Virus record (IMG/VR): IMGVR_UViG_3300034198_012226
Location: 22,482-86,481 of that record
Direction: 5' to 3' (one strand)
Length of the DNA: 64,000 bases
From: a virus
Numbering within the stretch: position 1 is the stretch's first letter; the number at the start of each line of letters is the position of its first letter. Positions 37,683-47,494 of this stretch are shown here, piece after piece. The notes beneath the pieces are model-generated. The model saw only the letters and a list, made by a program, of their open reading frames with translations, was not told the DNA's origin and made no database searches. The translations under genes and the position numbers were made by a program.

Positions 37683-37904
37683 TTACTGCTTGGACTGGCT
37701 GTCCGGAACGTCGGGATCGAACTCCACGAAGTAACCGTTGCCCTCGACACGCTTCTTCTCGTGGCACTGGGACGGTTTGAAATCGTGGGTGCCCATCAGG
37801 ACGAAGCACAGGGCATTGGCAAGTCGCAGTGCCCTGGTACGGCTGCTTGGGTAGTAGTGCTTGACCACCTTATCGTCCGAGCGTCCGAAGTGGATGGCGT
37901 ACAT
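37683..37904 (-). CDS. Hypothetical protein
   Basis: GAGG RBS. Confidence 0.55.
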   Translation of the reverse strand: MYAIHFGRSDDKVVKHYYPSSRTRALRLANALCFVLMGTHDFKPSQCHEKKRVEGNGYFVEFDPDVPDSQSKQ

Positions 37905-37923
37905 GGGTTTCCTCGGTAGGGCT

Positions 37924-37955
37924 GAAAAAAGACCACCCGGTGAGGGGTGGTCGAA
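37924..37955 (-). terminator. Rho-independent terminator ending the early operon
   Basis: Minus strand GACCACCC-loop-GGGTGGTC-TTTTTT. Confidence 0.8.
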
Positions 37956-38018
37956 AGTCCAAAACTAGGGATGTCCTGAAAGAGACGCACTCAGTGTAGG
38001 ACATTCCTGCCGGAAAGT

Positions 38019-38246
38019 CTAGCGACCGGCTGCAATGGACGTGACGGAGGCCACACCATTATCGGCTGGAGCAGGCTCCAGGCGGCGCACGCGGGCCTTC
38101 AGGGTCTGCACCTGGGCAGTCCAGTGTTCGAGTGCGGCCTGGGCTTCCAGGAGGTCGAGCTGCGCCTGGTGGTGCTGGTCGGCGGCGACCTGGGCGACCG
38201 GCGTGCGACCAAACTTGGCGGTGAGCCATGCGATGAGGTTTTTCAT
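38019..38246 (-). CDS. Hypothetical protein
   Basis: AAGGA RBS; coiled coil. Confidence 0.6.
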   Translation of the reverse strand: MKNLIAWLTAKFGRTPVAQVAADQHHQAQLDLLEAQAALEHWTAQVQTLKARVRRLEPAPADNGVASVTSIAAGR

Positions 38247-38539
38247 TTGGGTTCCTTGTTGTACTTCCGGTTCAAGATGGCCACGATTTCCAGGGCCTCG
38301 TACTTGCGGTGCCAGCCGCGCCGCACGGCGACGTTGTAGTGCGGGTGGTGGCGGCGCGGCACGTCGGGACGGGCCACGATTTTGATGACGCGGTTCGGCT
38401 CGCGTCCGAACACATACCAGCCAGGCCCCTCGGCAGGCGAGCGATCCACGAAGAACTCCTCCGTGAAGCTGCGCTCTACGCCATAGCGGGTGTCGGTCAT
38501 GGCGTACTCGGTTGGGGTCTCGGTCTTCCACTTAGGCAT
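38243..38539 (-). CDS. Hypothetical protein
   Basis: Coupled ORF with AGGAG RBS. Confidence 0.6.
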   Translation of the reverse strand: MPKWKTETPTEYAMTDTRYGVERSFTEEFFVDRSPAEGPGWYVFGREPNRVIKIVARPDVPRRHHPHYNVAVRRGWHRKYEALEIVAILNRKYNKEPK

Positions 38540-39227
38540 GGGGCTTCTCCTGTTTCAGTTCAATGACGCGCTGCGCCACCTTGAAGCGAGCGCCGTGGAC
38601 TGTGAACCCGACGATGGCCTTGCGATTCGGGTCTTGACAGAGCTGGCACACCGAGCACGTCATGTACTCGACGGTCTGGGCAGGGCACACCGTGATCTTG
38701 CGGCCGGCTGGTGTCGTCTTCCCTTTCCAGCCTCGCGGCAGCATGGTCACGACCGGGCCTACACCCAGTGCAGCCAGCTCGTCGGCTTCCTCGACGGTGT
38801 CAGCCGAGAGGTTGACCGTGAAGCCGAGCTGGTTGGCGAGCTGCACCACGCGCTGGTTGTGCGGCGTCATCGGGTAGTGGGTGTAGGTGAAGCCCCGACG
38901 CCCTACGTTCGCTGCGGTCAGGCCAGCCAGGTAGAACTCGTCAATGACGTTGTCGGTGCCGATGAGATCGCCAGCCTGGTTGTGACGCCAGATTTGGTTC
39001 TTCTTCAGCTCCTTGATCCGGAACAGGAAGCCGTCCCAGGTGTAGCCCTTCTCACCACGGGTCACCTTGTCCCAGTGGATTTTCATGGGGAAGTTGTCGG
39101 CGTAGCAGCCGTTCCCCTTCAGTTGGCAAGCGTCGGGGCAAGTCTGTCGCCCCGACGTGGAGACCGGGATCGGCCCCGTCTTGCTGTTGCCCGACTCGCG
39201 CCGGAAGTACACCGTGATTTCGGTCAT
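38532..39227 (-). CDS. Conserved Cys-rich phage protein (radical-SAM-like fold, DUF7227/gp88-like)
   Basis: N.KTG.IP, CP..C....CYA, RHNQAGD, FTYTH and CPAQ...C..C.LC motifs. Confidence 0.65.
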   Translation of the reverse strand: MTEITVYFRRESGNSKTGPIPVSTSGRQTCPDACQLKGNGCYADNFPMKIHWDKVTRGEKGYTWDGFLFRIKELKKNQIWRHNQAGDLIGTDNVIDEFYLAGLTAANVGRRGFTYTHYPMTPHNQRVVQLANQLGFTVNLSADTVEEADELAALGVGPVVTMLPRGWKGKTTPAGRKITVCPAQTVEYMTCSVCQLCQDPNRKAIVGFTVHGARFKVAQRVIELKQEKPHA

Positions 39228-39269
39228 TGCTTTCCTTTCGCCCCGCTATGTGCGGGGTCGTTGCGGGTG

Positions 39270-40094
39270 CTAGGCACCCTTGGTGAAGAATTTGCGGGAG
39301 TCGTAGTTCAGGGTGACGCCGTCGCGGTGCGTGAGGCCGGTGGCGCTGTCGTTGTGCTTGAACACGACCAGCCAATCGTACTTGCCCTTGATGACGCTGT
39401 AGCCGGTGTTCGCCCAGTAGACGGTGTCTCCGGCCTCGACCCGCTGCTTGATCTCGTCCACGGTCATGCCGACCTTGTGCTGGAGGCGCTTCCGGTAGGA
39501 GTCCTCGACGGCGTCCTCGTACTTGTCCCACGACTGCTTCGAGAGCTGCTGGCCGCAGTGAGACATGCAGCGGTACTGCTGGCCGTCAGGAACGATGTGG
39601 AAGCCGTCTTCTTCGAGACGCTCCTGCATGAACTCGGTGCGCAGCCAGGAGGCCGGGACGCCGTAGGCGAGGTAGTCACCGCTGTCGTCCAGGTTCCCGG
39701 CGTTCGGCACGCACGGGGAGCAGCGACCGCACTCGGTCAGGACAGGCGACTCGAACACGTACAGGTGCTGTGCGCCGCCGAGCCAGGACGTGCGGTACTT
39801 GACGCCTTCGTGCTCGCCTTCGTAGATCGGCTCGTTTGGTTCATAGCTGTCGTTGAAGTCCTGCTTGATCTGGTCTTCATCGAACTCAGGCGGCTCGCCG
39901 TCGTTGTCCTCGGCAGCTTCGACCAGGGCGTCGTGGGCACGCTTCATCTCGGCCAGGTGGTCTTCCCAGGCCGACTCGTAGTGCGCGTCCTTGCCGTGCT
40001 TGTAGCACAGGTCGTCCCACAGGTCAGGGTCGATGCCGAAGGCATGGATGTAGCCGTAGGCGAAGCCGGTTTGGGGGTGGAGGTTGGCAAACAT
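39270..40094 (-). CDS. Hypothetical acidic protein
   Basis: WLGGA and CSPCVPNAGNLD motifs. Confidence 0.65.
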   Translation of the reverse strand: MFANLHPQTGFAYGYIHAFGIDPDLWDDLCYKHGKDAHYESAWEDHLAEMKRAHDALVEAAEDNDGEPPEFDEDQIKQDFNDSYEPNEPIYEGEHEGVKYRTSWLGGAQHLYVFESPVLTECGRCSPCVPNAGNLDDSGDYLAYGVPASWLRTEFMQERLEEDGFHIVPDGQQYRCMSHCGQQLSKQSWDKYEDAVEDSYRKRLQHKVGMTVDEIKQRVEAGDTVYWANTGYSVIKGKYDWLVVFKHNDSATGLTHRDGVTLNYDSRKFFTKGA

Positions 40095-40774
40095 TAGCGC
40101 ATCCCCCCGAACATCCGACCCAGGGCCTCGCCGATCATGTCCTCGGCCCGCTTCTGCTTGGCCTTCTCCATCTTGGCAAGTACGGCCGGGGTTGGCGGCT
40201 CGATCTCGTACTCGTGGTTGTTCAGCACCTCGACCATGCGGTCGGCGACCTTCAGGTGCATCTCGCTCTTGTCGATCATGCCCTGGACTTCGGACATGAC
40301 GCTGGCCATCAGGCCCGCCGCCTGGTTCTCGCCGGTCTTCGCGGTCGTGCGCTTCATGGCCTTCTCGATCTTGTCCCGCATCTTGACGTGGCCGTCGCGC
40401 TCCTCCTTCGTGTCGCGGTGGATTTCGCGCACCTTGCCGGTGATCTCGTCCAGGATGTCGGTGTGTTCGACGTACTCGGTGTCCCGGATGATGAGGGCGA
40501 TCACGTTGCGCAGCGCCTGCATCGCGGTGGAGTTGATCTTCTCCTCCTCGGTGGCGCGGCCATCGTGGCGGTAGGTGCCGGTGGCGTCGTAGCGGGTACG
40601 GCGCTCGATGTCGGACAGCACGTCGTAGGCTTCCTGGATCATCTGGAAGCGCATCTTGTCGCCGTCAGGCTTGTCGGGGTGGTGCTGCTGCGCCAGCTTG
40701 CGGTATGCCTTCTTGATTTCGGCCTTGCTCGCGTCGCGGGCTACACCGAGTGTTTCGTACAGATCGTGTTCCAT
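40094..40774 (-). CDS. J-domain (DnaJ-like) protein
   Basis: [23 protein letters not shown] and AYDVLSD..RR..YD motifs. Confidence 0.9.
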   Translation of the reverse strand: MEHDLYETLGVARDASKAEIKKAYRKLAQQHHPDKPDGDKMRFQMIQEAYDVLSDIERRTRYDATGTYRHDGRATEEEKINSTAMQALRNVIALIIRDTEYVEHTDILDEITGKVREIHRDTKEERDGHVKMRDKIEKAMKRTTAKTGENQAAGLMASVMSEVQGMIDKSEMHLKVADRMVEVLNNHEYEIEPPTPAVLAKMEKAKQKRAEDMIGEALGRMFGGMR

Positions 40775-40776
40775 GC

Positions 40777-40947
40777 TCAACCCTTCTTGAGTTGTTGGTA
40801 AGCCTGCGTGATGACGTGCCGCATTTTGCGACCCGAGATGATCACGCAGTTATCGGAGGTGCGGGTGGCCTGCCACCCTGGCTTGGTGCATTTGACTATG
40901 ACGCCGAGCTGCACCAGCTCTCGACGCATTTGGGTCACGTCCGGCAT
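40777..40947 (-). CDS. Small hypothetical protein (56 aa, [10 protein letters not shown]...)
   Basis: Fills the gap exactly, with stop/start coupling; below the ORF-track cutoff. Confidence 0.5.
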   Translation of the reverse strand: MPDVTQMRRELVQLGVIVKCTKPGWQATRTSDNCVIISGRKMRHVITQAYQQLKKG

Positions 40948-41807
40948 CAGGTTCGATTCCGGCGCTTGGACTTCTTGGCCAGCTTCTTCTTGGCCCGATT
41001 CTCGGCGCTGCGGTACTTCTTGTTGTTGCCGTAACGCTGCGGTGTACCGGCCCAGGTCTGGAACGGTGGCGGTGCCGGTGCCGGGGAGGATTCCCAGGCC
41101 GTTGCCGCTTCTCCCCAGGAGGCAAGTGCTGCGGTGGCCAGCACCGACGCTATGCCAGCCTTGTTGAAGCTCCTGCCGATCCTGGAACCTCCGGTGACGA
41201 CCATGGTGCGGTCATGCACGCGCTGCATTGCTTCGGAGTCGTAGACGATCCTGGTAACTGCGCTCCGGATGTACTCCACGTCGTGAGGAATCTCGGCCCC
41301 GTGGAACTTGCCGTCCAGGATTCGGATCGGCGGGCCTTCCGGCCTGATCGAAGCGATCCTGGCCTCCAGGTCGCTGAAGTCCATGGCTTCGACCCGCCTC
41401 GCCCACTCCTCGCGGCTGATGCCCCAGTATTCCGGGGTGTCCATGCCGAGGGTGCAGACCATCGGCTCACCGAGCGGCACCTCGTGGAAGTTGGGCATGT
41501 CGCCCGGTGGCCACTCCATCTGGATCAGGTGCCAGGGGCCTTCCCCTCCCGAGTTGAACAGGTCTCGGATGCGCTGGCCGTCGTCCGGCCCGTTCGGGGT
41601 GTGCAGCACGAACTGCGGTGTGCCATAGGCTTCCAGGAACCGGGCATTCTTCAGCGCGGCACGCTCCTCGCTGGTCATCCGGCCAGTGACGCTGCGCATC
41701 TGGTCTTCGGCAGTCTGCATGAGCCGCCGCCATTCCGCGTCAGGGTCAATGAACCGGCCCGTGACGGTGCCCTGGAGCTTGAATTCCTTGTCGTCTTTAT
41801 CGTCCAC
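40947..41807 (-). CDS. Hypothetical protein
   Basis: AAGGAGGT RBS; basic C-terminus. Confidence 0.6.
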   Translation of the reverse strand: MDDKDDKEFKLQGTVTGRFIDPDAEWRRLMQTAEDQMRSVTGRMTSEERAALKNARFLEAYGTPQFVLHTPNGPDDGQRIRDLFNSGGEGPWHLIQMEWPPGDMPNFHEVPLGEPMVCTLGMDTPEYWGISREEWARRVEAMDFSDLEARIASIRPEGPPIRILDGKFHGAEIPHDVEYIRSAVTRIVYDSEAMQRVHDRTMVVTGGSRIGRSFNKAGIASVLATAALASWGEAATAWESSPAPAPPPFQTWAGTPQRYGNNKKYRSAENRAKKKLAKKSKRRNRT

Positions 41808-41985
41808 CGCGCACCTCCTTCATGGCCCACTTGCCGACGTGGTTGCCGTTCGAGTCCTTGATGTTGCCGCTGGTGCGGCCGGACTCGACCTTGGTGACGA
41901 TCTCGCGCAGGATCGTGGCGACCTCAGCCGCCTGGTTCCCGTTCTTGAACGCCTCGTTGCCTTCGCTGTCGAATCGAATGATCAT
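41797..41985 (-). CDS. Hypothetical protein
   Basis: N.AF...EVA.IL...I.DSNGN.VG motif common in phage early genes. Confidence 0.65.
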   Translation of the reverse strand: MIIRFDSEGNEAFKNGNQAAEVATILREIVTKVESGRTSGNIKDSNGNHVGKWAMKEVRGGR

Positions 41986-42296
41986 CCCTGCCCCCCATTA
42001 TGTTGCCAGCCATGGTATTTGGCTTCGATGTGCCCCTCAAACAGAGCAATGAAAATGTACTCGTCGGTGTCGAGCTGCATCCGGCGCATGAAGTCCTTCC
42101 CCAGTTCCCTCTGGTCGGCCTCCAGCACCTGCTGCTTCGCCGCCTTGACGGCCTCCTCGTAGCCCGTGGCCTTGACGTGTGCGATGTAGCTGTCGGTCTC
42201 AGGCTCGCCGTCCCACTCCGGGATGTCGGCGAACCTGTACGAGCGCATCAGCACCACCGTGTAAGGCAAGGGCAGCTTCGTCACGCTGCCGCTCAT
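41982..42296 (-). CDS. Hypothetical protein
   Basis: ATGA-coupled on both sides. Confidence 0.6.
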   Translation of the reverse strand: MSGSVTKLPLPYTVVLMRSYRFADIPEWDGEPETDSYIAHVKATGYEEAVKAAKQQVLEADQRELGKDFMRRMQLDTDEYIFIALFEGHIEAKYHGWQHNGGQG

Positions 42297-42994
42297 GGCC
42301 GCATCCTTTCACCCTTCATGAAGCCGACCCAACGGGCAGCAGCTTCCTTGTTCTTGAACCTGGCGTGCGGATCACCGCTGCCGTCGATATGCACCGCGGC
42401 CTTCAGGCCGTTCACGTCGCATGGCTTGATCTCGTAGTCGCGCTCCCAGTAGCTCGGGTGGCGGTAGAGTTCCATGCCGGTGTTGGTCATGATCCGGATC
42501 ACGAAACGATCCAGCACCCCGCCGCCACCGTGGTCTCCCGGCACGACCAGGAGGGGAATCTTGAAGATGCCGGACGAGCGACCGATGCGGCCGTACACGT
42601 CGTTCTCCTCCGGCCACGGACGGCCATAGCCAGGCTTCTCCGGGTCGGTGTTGCCGTACCAGATGCGGACGATGCCTTTGCCCTGGATCAGGCGATCCAG
42701 CACCGTCTTGACCTTCTCGTCGGTGTGGATGCTGTACCAGGTCGGCAAGTTGATCCGGTTGTCGCTGATGTACTTGATCAGGTCACGGTAGAACTGGTAC
42801 ATGGCGAGGGTGCCGAAGTGCTCGGGGCCTGGCGCAACAGCTCCGGGAACGAACGGCAGCATCTGAGTCACCTGGTCAGCGACGTACTGGAAGCCAGCGG
42901 TGGTATAGCCGTCGCCGCAGGGGATCACGTAGAGCTTCTGCTCCTCGTTGATGGTGATCTCGGCGATGTCAGGCTTGACGGTTGGAGTGGTCAT
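42293..42994 (-). CDS. Hypothetical protein
   Basis: VRIWYG..GR.W.EE.DV.G.IGRS.G..K.PLL conserved phage pattern. Confidence 0.65.
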   Translation of the reverse strand: MTTPTVKPDIAEITINEEQKLYVIPCGDGYTTAGFQYVADQVTQMLPFVPGAVAPGPEHFGTLAMYQFYRDLIKYISDNRINLPTWYSIHTDEKVKTVLDRLIQGKGIVRIWYGNTDPEKPGYGRPWPEENDVYGRIGRSSGIFKIPLLVVPGDHGGGGVLDRFVIRIMTNTGMELYRHPSYWERDYEIKPCDVNGLKAAVHIDGSGDPHARFKNKEAAARWVGFMKGERMRP

Positions 42995-43355
42995 GATTTC
43001 CTTTCTTGTTGAAGACGGTGTCTCCACGTTTTTGGGTCTGGAGGGCGGCAAGGGTTCGGTAACCCCAGACTGCCGCGAGCAGCTCCAGGCAATGGCTGTT
43101 CTTCACGCTGCGCTGACACAAGTCCTTCAGCTTGTGGGCGTGGCGCTTGAACTTGTCGTAGCTCATCTGGTTCTGCTTCTCGAACTCGACCAGGAACAGC
43201 ATCACTTCGCTGTCCTCGGGGATGCTCTCGATCACGAACCCGTTGAGGTTGTTGGCCGACATGAACGCGGCCAGGCGATCCTTGAAATCCCTGGCCGGGT
43301 GTCGAGCTGTAAGGGGCTTTGGTTCCGGCCCCGGTGGCAGCTCGACGTACTTCAC
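42969..43355 (-). CDS. Hypothetical protein with glyoxalase-associated helical domain
   Basis: K..A..L.....S..LELLA..WGY pattern. Confidence 0.55.
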   Translation of the reverse strand: MKYVELPPGPEPKPLTARHPARDFKDRLAAFMSANNLNGFVIESIPEDSEVMLFLVEFEKQNQMSYDKFKRHAHKLKDLCQRSVKNSHCLELLAAVWGYRTLAALQTQKRGDTVFNKKGNHDHSNRQA

Positions 43356-43993
43356 TTGATCCCCGCCAGGGCCTTCAGCTCGGCCTTGATGCGCTTCGCG
43401 TCTTCGCCGCGCCAGGTCGCCGCATTCGACAGGAAGTAGATCACCTGGGTCTTCCCGTCCTCGCAGCCGTAGCGGCTGTTGACGGTGTCCACGCAGAGCA
43501 TGGCGTCCAGGTAGGGCACCGCGCCGAAATATGGTTTCGGCCACACCTGTTTGATCTCACGGGCGATCTCGCGGATCGTGCGCTGCGCGCCGACCAGCTT
43601 CATGGCCGAGCCGTACTTGGCGATGACGCGATCCAGCACCGATTTGAAGTGCAGCTCCATCACCGACTGGTGCTGCCCGTTGACGAGCTTGTCAGTGCAG
43701 CGGCCCTTGGTATTGGCCAGGGTCTCGCGGAAGTCGCCGTCAGCCGACAGCCCGAAGATGTGCTGCTCGCTCTCGTAGCCGTCGCGCTTCTCGTAGCGGC
43801 AGACCGAGGTCGTGGTCGTGATCAGGCCATCGGTGTGGCGCTTGTAGGTCGTGAAGTACAAGCGGTGCTGCTCGGGCAAGTCCCAGTGCGACTTGCGCTC
43901 CCAGGTGCCCTTGCCGTCGCGGCCCTTCCAGAGGATGTCGCCGGTTGGGTTGGTCACGAGGGTCGATTCGATAACGCTTTTTGCGGTGTTCAT
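43352..43993 (-). CDS. Hypothetical two-domain protein
   Basis: C-terminal EIA.EI...W..PYFGAVPYL.AM...YFL.NA..WRG..A..IK.EL conserved phage domain. Confidence 0.65.
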   Translation of the reverse strand: MNTAKSVIESTLVTNPTGDILWKGRDGKGTWERKSHWDLPEQHRLYFTTYKRHTDGLITTTTSVCRYEKRDGYESEQHIFGLSADGDFRETLANTKGRCTDKLVNGQHQSVMELHFKSVLDRVIAKYGSAMKLVGAQRTIREIAREIKQVWPKPYFGAVPYLDAMLCVDTVNSRYGCEDGKTQVIYFLSNAATWRGEDAKRIKAELKALAGIK

Positions 43994-44033
43994 GGTGCTC
44001 TCCAATGATTTTGGGGTTTGTACTGCGAAGGGT

Positions 44034-44510
44034 TTATTCTGCTGCGGGCTTCTCGCCCCAGACGCCGACCGAGGTGTGGTTGACCTCGGGGATGGAATCA
44101 AGTGGGACGAAGCCAAGCCACGGGTTGGCGATCATGGCGCGGTCGGTGGCGACGACCAGGGCGACCCCATAGGGTTCCCACGGGATGACCTTGAGGGCCG
44201 CGAGGCCGTCGATGCACAGGCGGGAGACGTTGGCGAGCACGTCCTCCTTCACCTTGACGTGGAGACTGCCGCCGCCGACCGGCTTGGCGATCCAGGTCTT
44301 GATGCGCGGGTCTTCCGACGACATGAAGTAAAAGCCGGGAACACGCGGGGTTTCGATCCGGTGGTCTTTCGTGAAGCCACCGTAGCCGTCGCTGCGACGC
44401 ACCGGCACCTTGACCTCACGGATGTAGGTGAACGCCTCGAAGAAGTACGAGAGGTCGGCCACCTGGCCGTAGAGGGTCTTCTTCAGGACATCAGCGCCGA
44501 GTTCCTTCAT
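44034..44510 (-). CDS. Hypothetical protein
   Basis: GGAGG RBS; coupled. Confidence 0.55.
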   Translation of the reverse strand: MKELGADVLKKTLYGQVADLSYFFEAFTYIREVKVPVRRSDGYGGFTKDHRIETPRVPGFYFMSSEDPRIKTWIAKPVGGGSLHVKVKEDVLANVSRLCIDGLAALKVIPWEPYGVALVVATDRAMIANPWLGFVPLDSIPEVNHTSVGVWGEKPAAE

Positions 44511-45145
44511 ACGCCCTCCGGCCAGTCGATGCGCAGCTTGTGGGCCTCGGCGAGGGCTTCCATGATCGCGTTGTACACCTGGAGCCGCTCCAGCTTCCAC
44601 TTCTTGCTGGAGACCGCGTCCTTGAACTCGGTGCGAATCTGGGAAGCCAGGGCAAACTCCCGCGTCGGGATGCCCTCGTTCATGCGCTTCTCGATGAACG
44701 GGCCGTCCTCGGTCAGCTCGCGGAACAGGAAGATGCCGAGCTTGTCGCCGTGCATCTCGGTCTCGAACGCCCCGGCGATGTCGCCGGTATCGTACAGGGC
44801 CTGAAGCGCGTCCACGATCACCGGCCTGGTCAAGTCCTTCATCGGTATCGACAGCTTGACCGTGATCTCGGTCTTGCCTGGCTTGCGCTTCCCTTCCGGT
44901 GCCGGTGGTGCGCCGAAGATGCTGCCGAAGATGTCCAGGAAGCTGTCACGGGTCTGGAACTTAACACCGGCCAGCAGCGCCATGCCATTGAAGACGATGT
45001 GGGCAAGTTCGAGCTTGTCCACGACGTGCTGGTTGCCGGTGCCAGGGTACTGGTTGTGGGCCGCAGCCCAGGCGCTGGCGACGTTGCTGAACTCGCCGAT
45101 GGGGTGGACGGTGCCGTCCTTAATGATGTTGAAGTAGGGTTTCAC
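44507..45145 (-). CDS. Hypothetical protein
   Basis: GGAG RBS with GTG start; HGDKLG.FL..EL motif. Confidence 0.55.
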   Translation of the reverse strand: MKPYFNIIKDGTVHPIGEFSNVASAWAAAHNQYPGTGNQHVVDKLELAHIVFNGMALLAGVKFQTRDSFLDIFGSIFGAPPAPEGKRKPGKTEITVKLSIPMKDLTRPVIVDALQALYDTGDIAGAFETEMHGDKLGIFLFRELTEDGPFIEKRMNEGIPTREFALASQIRTEFKDAVSSKKWKLERLQVYNAIMEALAEAHKLRIDWPEGV

Positions 45146-45161
45146 GGTCTCTCCAGGTGGC

Positions 45162-45314
45162 CTACACCGGGTGCAGGCAGGGTTTCGGCTCGACGGCCAG
45201 GAGGCGCAGCTCTGCGGGGAGCTGGCCGGCATTGCGTTGCTGGCGCTTGCGGCGGCGCATGTGGGCCACAGGGTGCTTGCGGTCGTTATACGCTTTCGGG
45301 TTTCGCGTCTTCAC
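45162..45314 (-). CDS. Small basic protein (50 aa, MKTRNPKAY...)
   Basis: AGGAG RBS with GTG; fills the gap. Confidence 0.45.
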   Translation of the reverse strand: MKTRNPKAYNDRKHPVAHMRRRKRQQRNAGQLPAELRLLAVEPKPCLHPV

Positions 45315-45774
45315 TATCTTCTCCTAGTTTCAGTTTGGTGGCGGGTTCCCAACGACGGTCAGCTTTCGGCACAGCGCCGACCAGGTAGTGCTGGAAGCCG
45401 GTCGGGATGCCGTCTTCCATGCGCTTGATGACCGTCTCCCGATCCCGGAAGTCGCTCATCATGAACTCCAGCAGGCGGGCTGGAACGTGCGGTGTCGATC
45501 GGATCACCCAGGCCGGGTCGATCCAGCGTTCAGCCGCGCTGTCGCACGTCGGCATGATGACCGCCGCGACGATGTGGCCCTTGATCTCGGGGATCACCCA
45601 GTCCAAGGTATCGACCACGCAGATGGCGCGGCCGGTGTGGATATGGTCTTCGCCAGGCATCCGGAATTGAATCCAGTAACCGGGCCTGACGTAGCCCACG
45701 TCGTGGCCGATCCAGCTCGCGGTCGGCACCTTCACTTCGCGGTGGCTGTACCGCACGTCCTTACGATTGCTCAT
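45286..45774 (-). CDS. Hypothetical protein
   Basis: GGAG RBS; coupled. Confidence 0.6.
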   Translation of the reverse strand: MSNRKDVRYSHREVKVPTASWIGHDVGYVRPGYWIQFRMPGEDHIHTGRAICVVDTLDWVIPEIKGHIVAAVIMPTCDSAAERWIDPAWVIRSTPHVPARLLEFMMSDFRDRETVIKRMEDGIPTGFQHYLVGAVPKADRRWEPATKLKLGEDSEDAKPESV

Positions 45775-45935
45775 TGCGTCTCCAGGTTGCGGCGCTCGGC
45801 CTCGTTCTCGGCCAGCTCGACGTAGTCTTCACGTCCGGCACTGCGCTCTTTTTCCAGAACACCGAGAACCTGGTTGTCGGTGCAGTTGCGGAGGTAGCTC
45901 TTGAACTCCTCCCGGTCTTTTTTGCTGATGCTCAT
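45771..45935 (-). CDS. Hypothetical protein
   Basis: YL..CTD.QV.GV.EKE..AGR motif. Confidence 0.55.
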   Translation of the reverse strand: MSISKKDREEFKSYLRNCTDNQVLGVLEKERSAGREDYVELAENEAERRNLETQ

Positions 45936-46147
45936 GCGAACCCCAATCGGTTGGAAGGCCACACCGACTTGTGGGTCGGCCCCATGACTTCGACCCAGAT
46001 ATAGTCGCCACCGTTCGGGTGGTTGTTGACGATAGCCTGGTCGAGGTTTTCAGTCCGGACGGTGCCGGTGAAACCGGCTGAACCCCGGTCTGGCGGGCAG
46101 CTCACGCGCTGCCCATACTTCAGTTTCTTTGCTTGATCGACTCGCAC
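45932..46147 (-). CDS. Hypothetical protein
   Basis: SH3-like pattern; ends SVWPSNRL. Confidence 0.55.
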   Translation of the reverse strand: MRVDQAKKLKYGQRVSCPPDRGSAGFTGTVRTENLDQAIVNNHPNGGDYIWVEVMGPTHKSVWPSNRLGFA

Positions 46148-46353
46148 AAGTTGTCCTTGAAAAGAGGTTCGGACAGCAGGATGTAGACGCTGCCGTCAGG
46201 TCGAGAGAAGCCCTTGTACATCCGGTTCTCGTGCATGTAGTTGTCGTAGCCATGCGCCGTGAAGGGCTGCTGTTTGAAGGTAGCGAGCACCGGCCCGTCC
46301 TTGTCGTCCTGGTGGACGGTGACGGTGTCCTCAGCCTTGTACTGGCGATCCAT
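46120..46353 (-). CDS. Hypothetical protein
   Basis: GGAG RBS. Confidence 0.5.
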   Translation of the reverse strand: MDRQYKAEDTVTVHQDDKDGPVLATFKQQPFTAHGYDNYMHENRMYKGFSRPDGSVYILLSEPLFKDNLCESIKQRN

Positions 46354-46828
46354 GTTTGCTCCGGATGTTGGCAAGGTCTTCTTCGAGGATGGTGATCTCG
46401 TTCTCCACGTCCATGAGCTGCTCCTCGAAGTCATCGTCGCCCTGGGCGTCGAGCCGGTCACGGTAGTTCTGGAGGAACTTGATCGTCTGCTCGATGATCG
46501 ACCCGGTCTCGGGCAGGAACTTGGCCGTCTTGTAGTCGCGCTTGACGACCTCCATGGCCTCGTCACGGCTGCTGGCCCTGATGAAGTAGCGGGCGATGGT
46601 GGTGCCGGTGATCGGGGTCGTGAAGTCCGCGAGCCAGAGGTCGTCCGGCGTGCCCCAGTATGCGCCGCCGCAGTCGTAGCCGCCATCGGTCAGCGGCACG
46701 CGTTCGAGCTGGAACTGGGGATCGGTCAGGCCGACGCGGTGAAAGTAGTGGCGACCCATCGGAGCGCCGTACTTGATGTTGACCTCGGCCAGGGTCAAGG
46801 GTGGTGGGGTTTTCGGCTTCGATGCCAT
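46331..46828 (-). CDS. Hypothetical protein
   Basis: YGAPMGR and GGYD.GGAYWG conserved phage motifs. Confidence 0.65.
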   Translation of the reverse strand: MASKPKTPPPLTLAEVNIKYGAPMGRHYFHRVGLTDPQFQLERVPLTDGGYDCGGAYWGTPDDLWLADFTTPITGTTIARYFIRASSRDEAMEVVKRDYKTAKFLPETGSIIEQTIKFLQNYRDRLDAQGDDDFEEQLMDVENEITILEEDLANIRSKHGSPVQG

Positions 46829-46829
46829 G

Positions 46830-47219
46830 TCAGTTTCCGTAGAGGTCGATGACAGCCTTGGCCGCGTCAGCCGGGATGTCGAAGGTTGCTGGGCTGTCCT
46901 CGACCCAGTTGCGGGCCTTAAACATGTAGTAGTCGGACTCGGTGTCCTTGACGATGTCGAACCCGAGTTCGTTCGCCCTGGCGATCTCCTGCTCGAACTG
47001 ACGGGCCACGGCGCGGCCACGCTGGTATATCGTGTCGAAGTCACGCGGGCCTTCGTAGCTGCGCGGCCCCAGGTTCTTGAAGCCGCGACGCCAGTCTTCA
47101 CGAGCGCCCTGGGTGCAGAACGGGTTCAGTTCGATGTTGTTCTCGCGGTACCGGCGAATATCCTCAGCCGCTACCTTCTCGGCCCAGGCCAGGACTTCCT
47201 CAGGGGTGTTGAAGCGCAT
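46830..47219 (-). CDS. Hypothetical protein
   Basis: Tightly packed operon ORF. Confidence 0.6.
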   Translation of the reverse strand: MRFNTPEEVLAWAEKVAAEDIRRYRENNIELNPFCTQGAREDWRRGFKNLGPRSYEGPRDFDTIYQRGRAVARQFEQEIARANELGFDIVKDTESDYYMFKARNWVEDSPATFDIPADAAKAVIDLYGN

Positions 47220-47220
47220 G

Positions 47221-47493
47221 TCAGTAGCCCTCCCGCTCGGTGGAGATGACCCAACGACCTTTGTCGTTGATCCAGGCGTGCAGCGGGCGCAGCTTCATGC
47301 CAGCCGGGAACACCTCGCGGAAGTGTTCACGCAGTGCCGAAGCGCGGCGCACATCGAGCTGGTAGAGGTAGCCGCCCACGTCGATCTTGTTGGCCTTCGC
47401 CTCGCGGATCACGTACTGGCTTCCTTCGTGGTCGGGGTTCTTGTCGATGAAGGTATCGACCTTGGCAAGTAGGGTTGTCCAGAGCTGTTTCAT
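47221..47493 (-). CDS. Hypothetical protein
   Basis: GAGG RBS. Confidence 0.55.
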   Translation of the reverse strand: MKQLWTTLLAKVDTFIDKNPDHEGSQYVIREAKANKIDVGGYLYQLDVRRASALREHFREVFPAGMKLRPLHAWINDKGRWVISTEREGY

Positions 47494-47494
47494 T

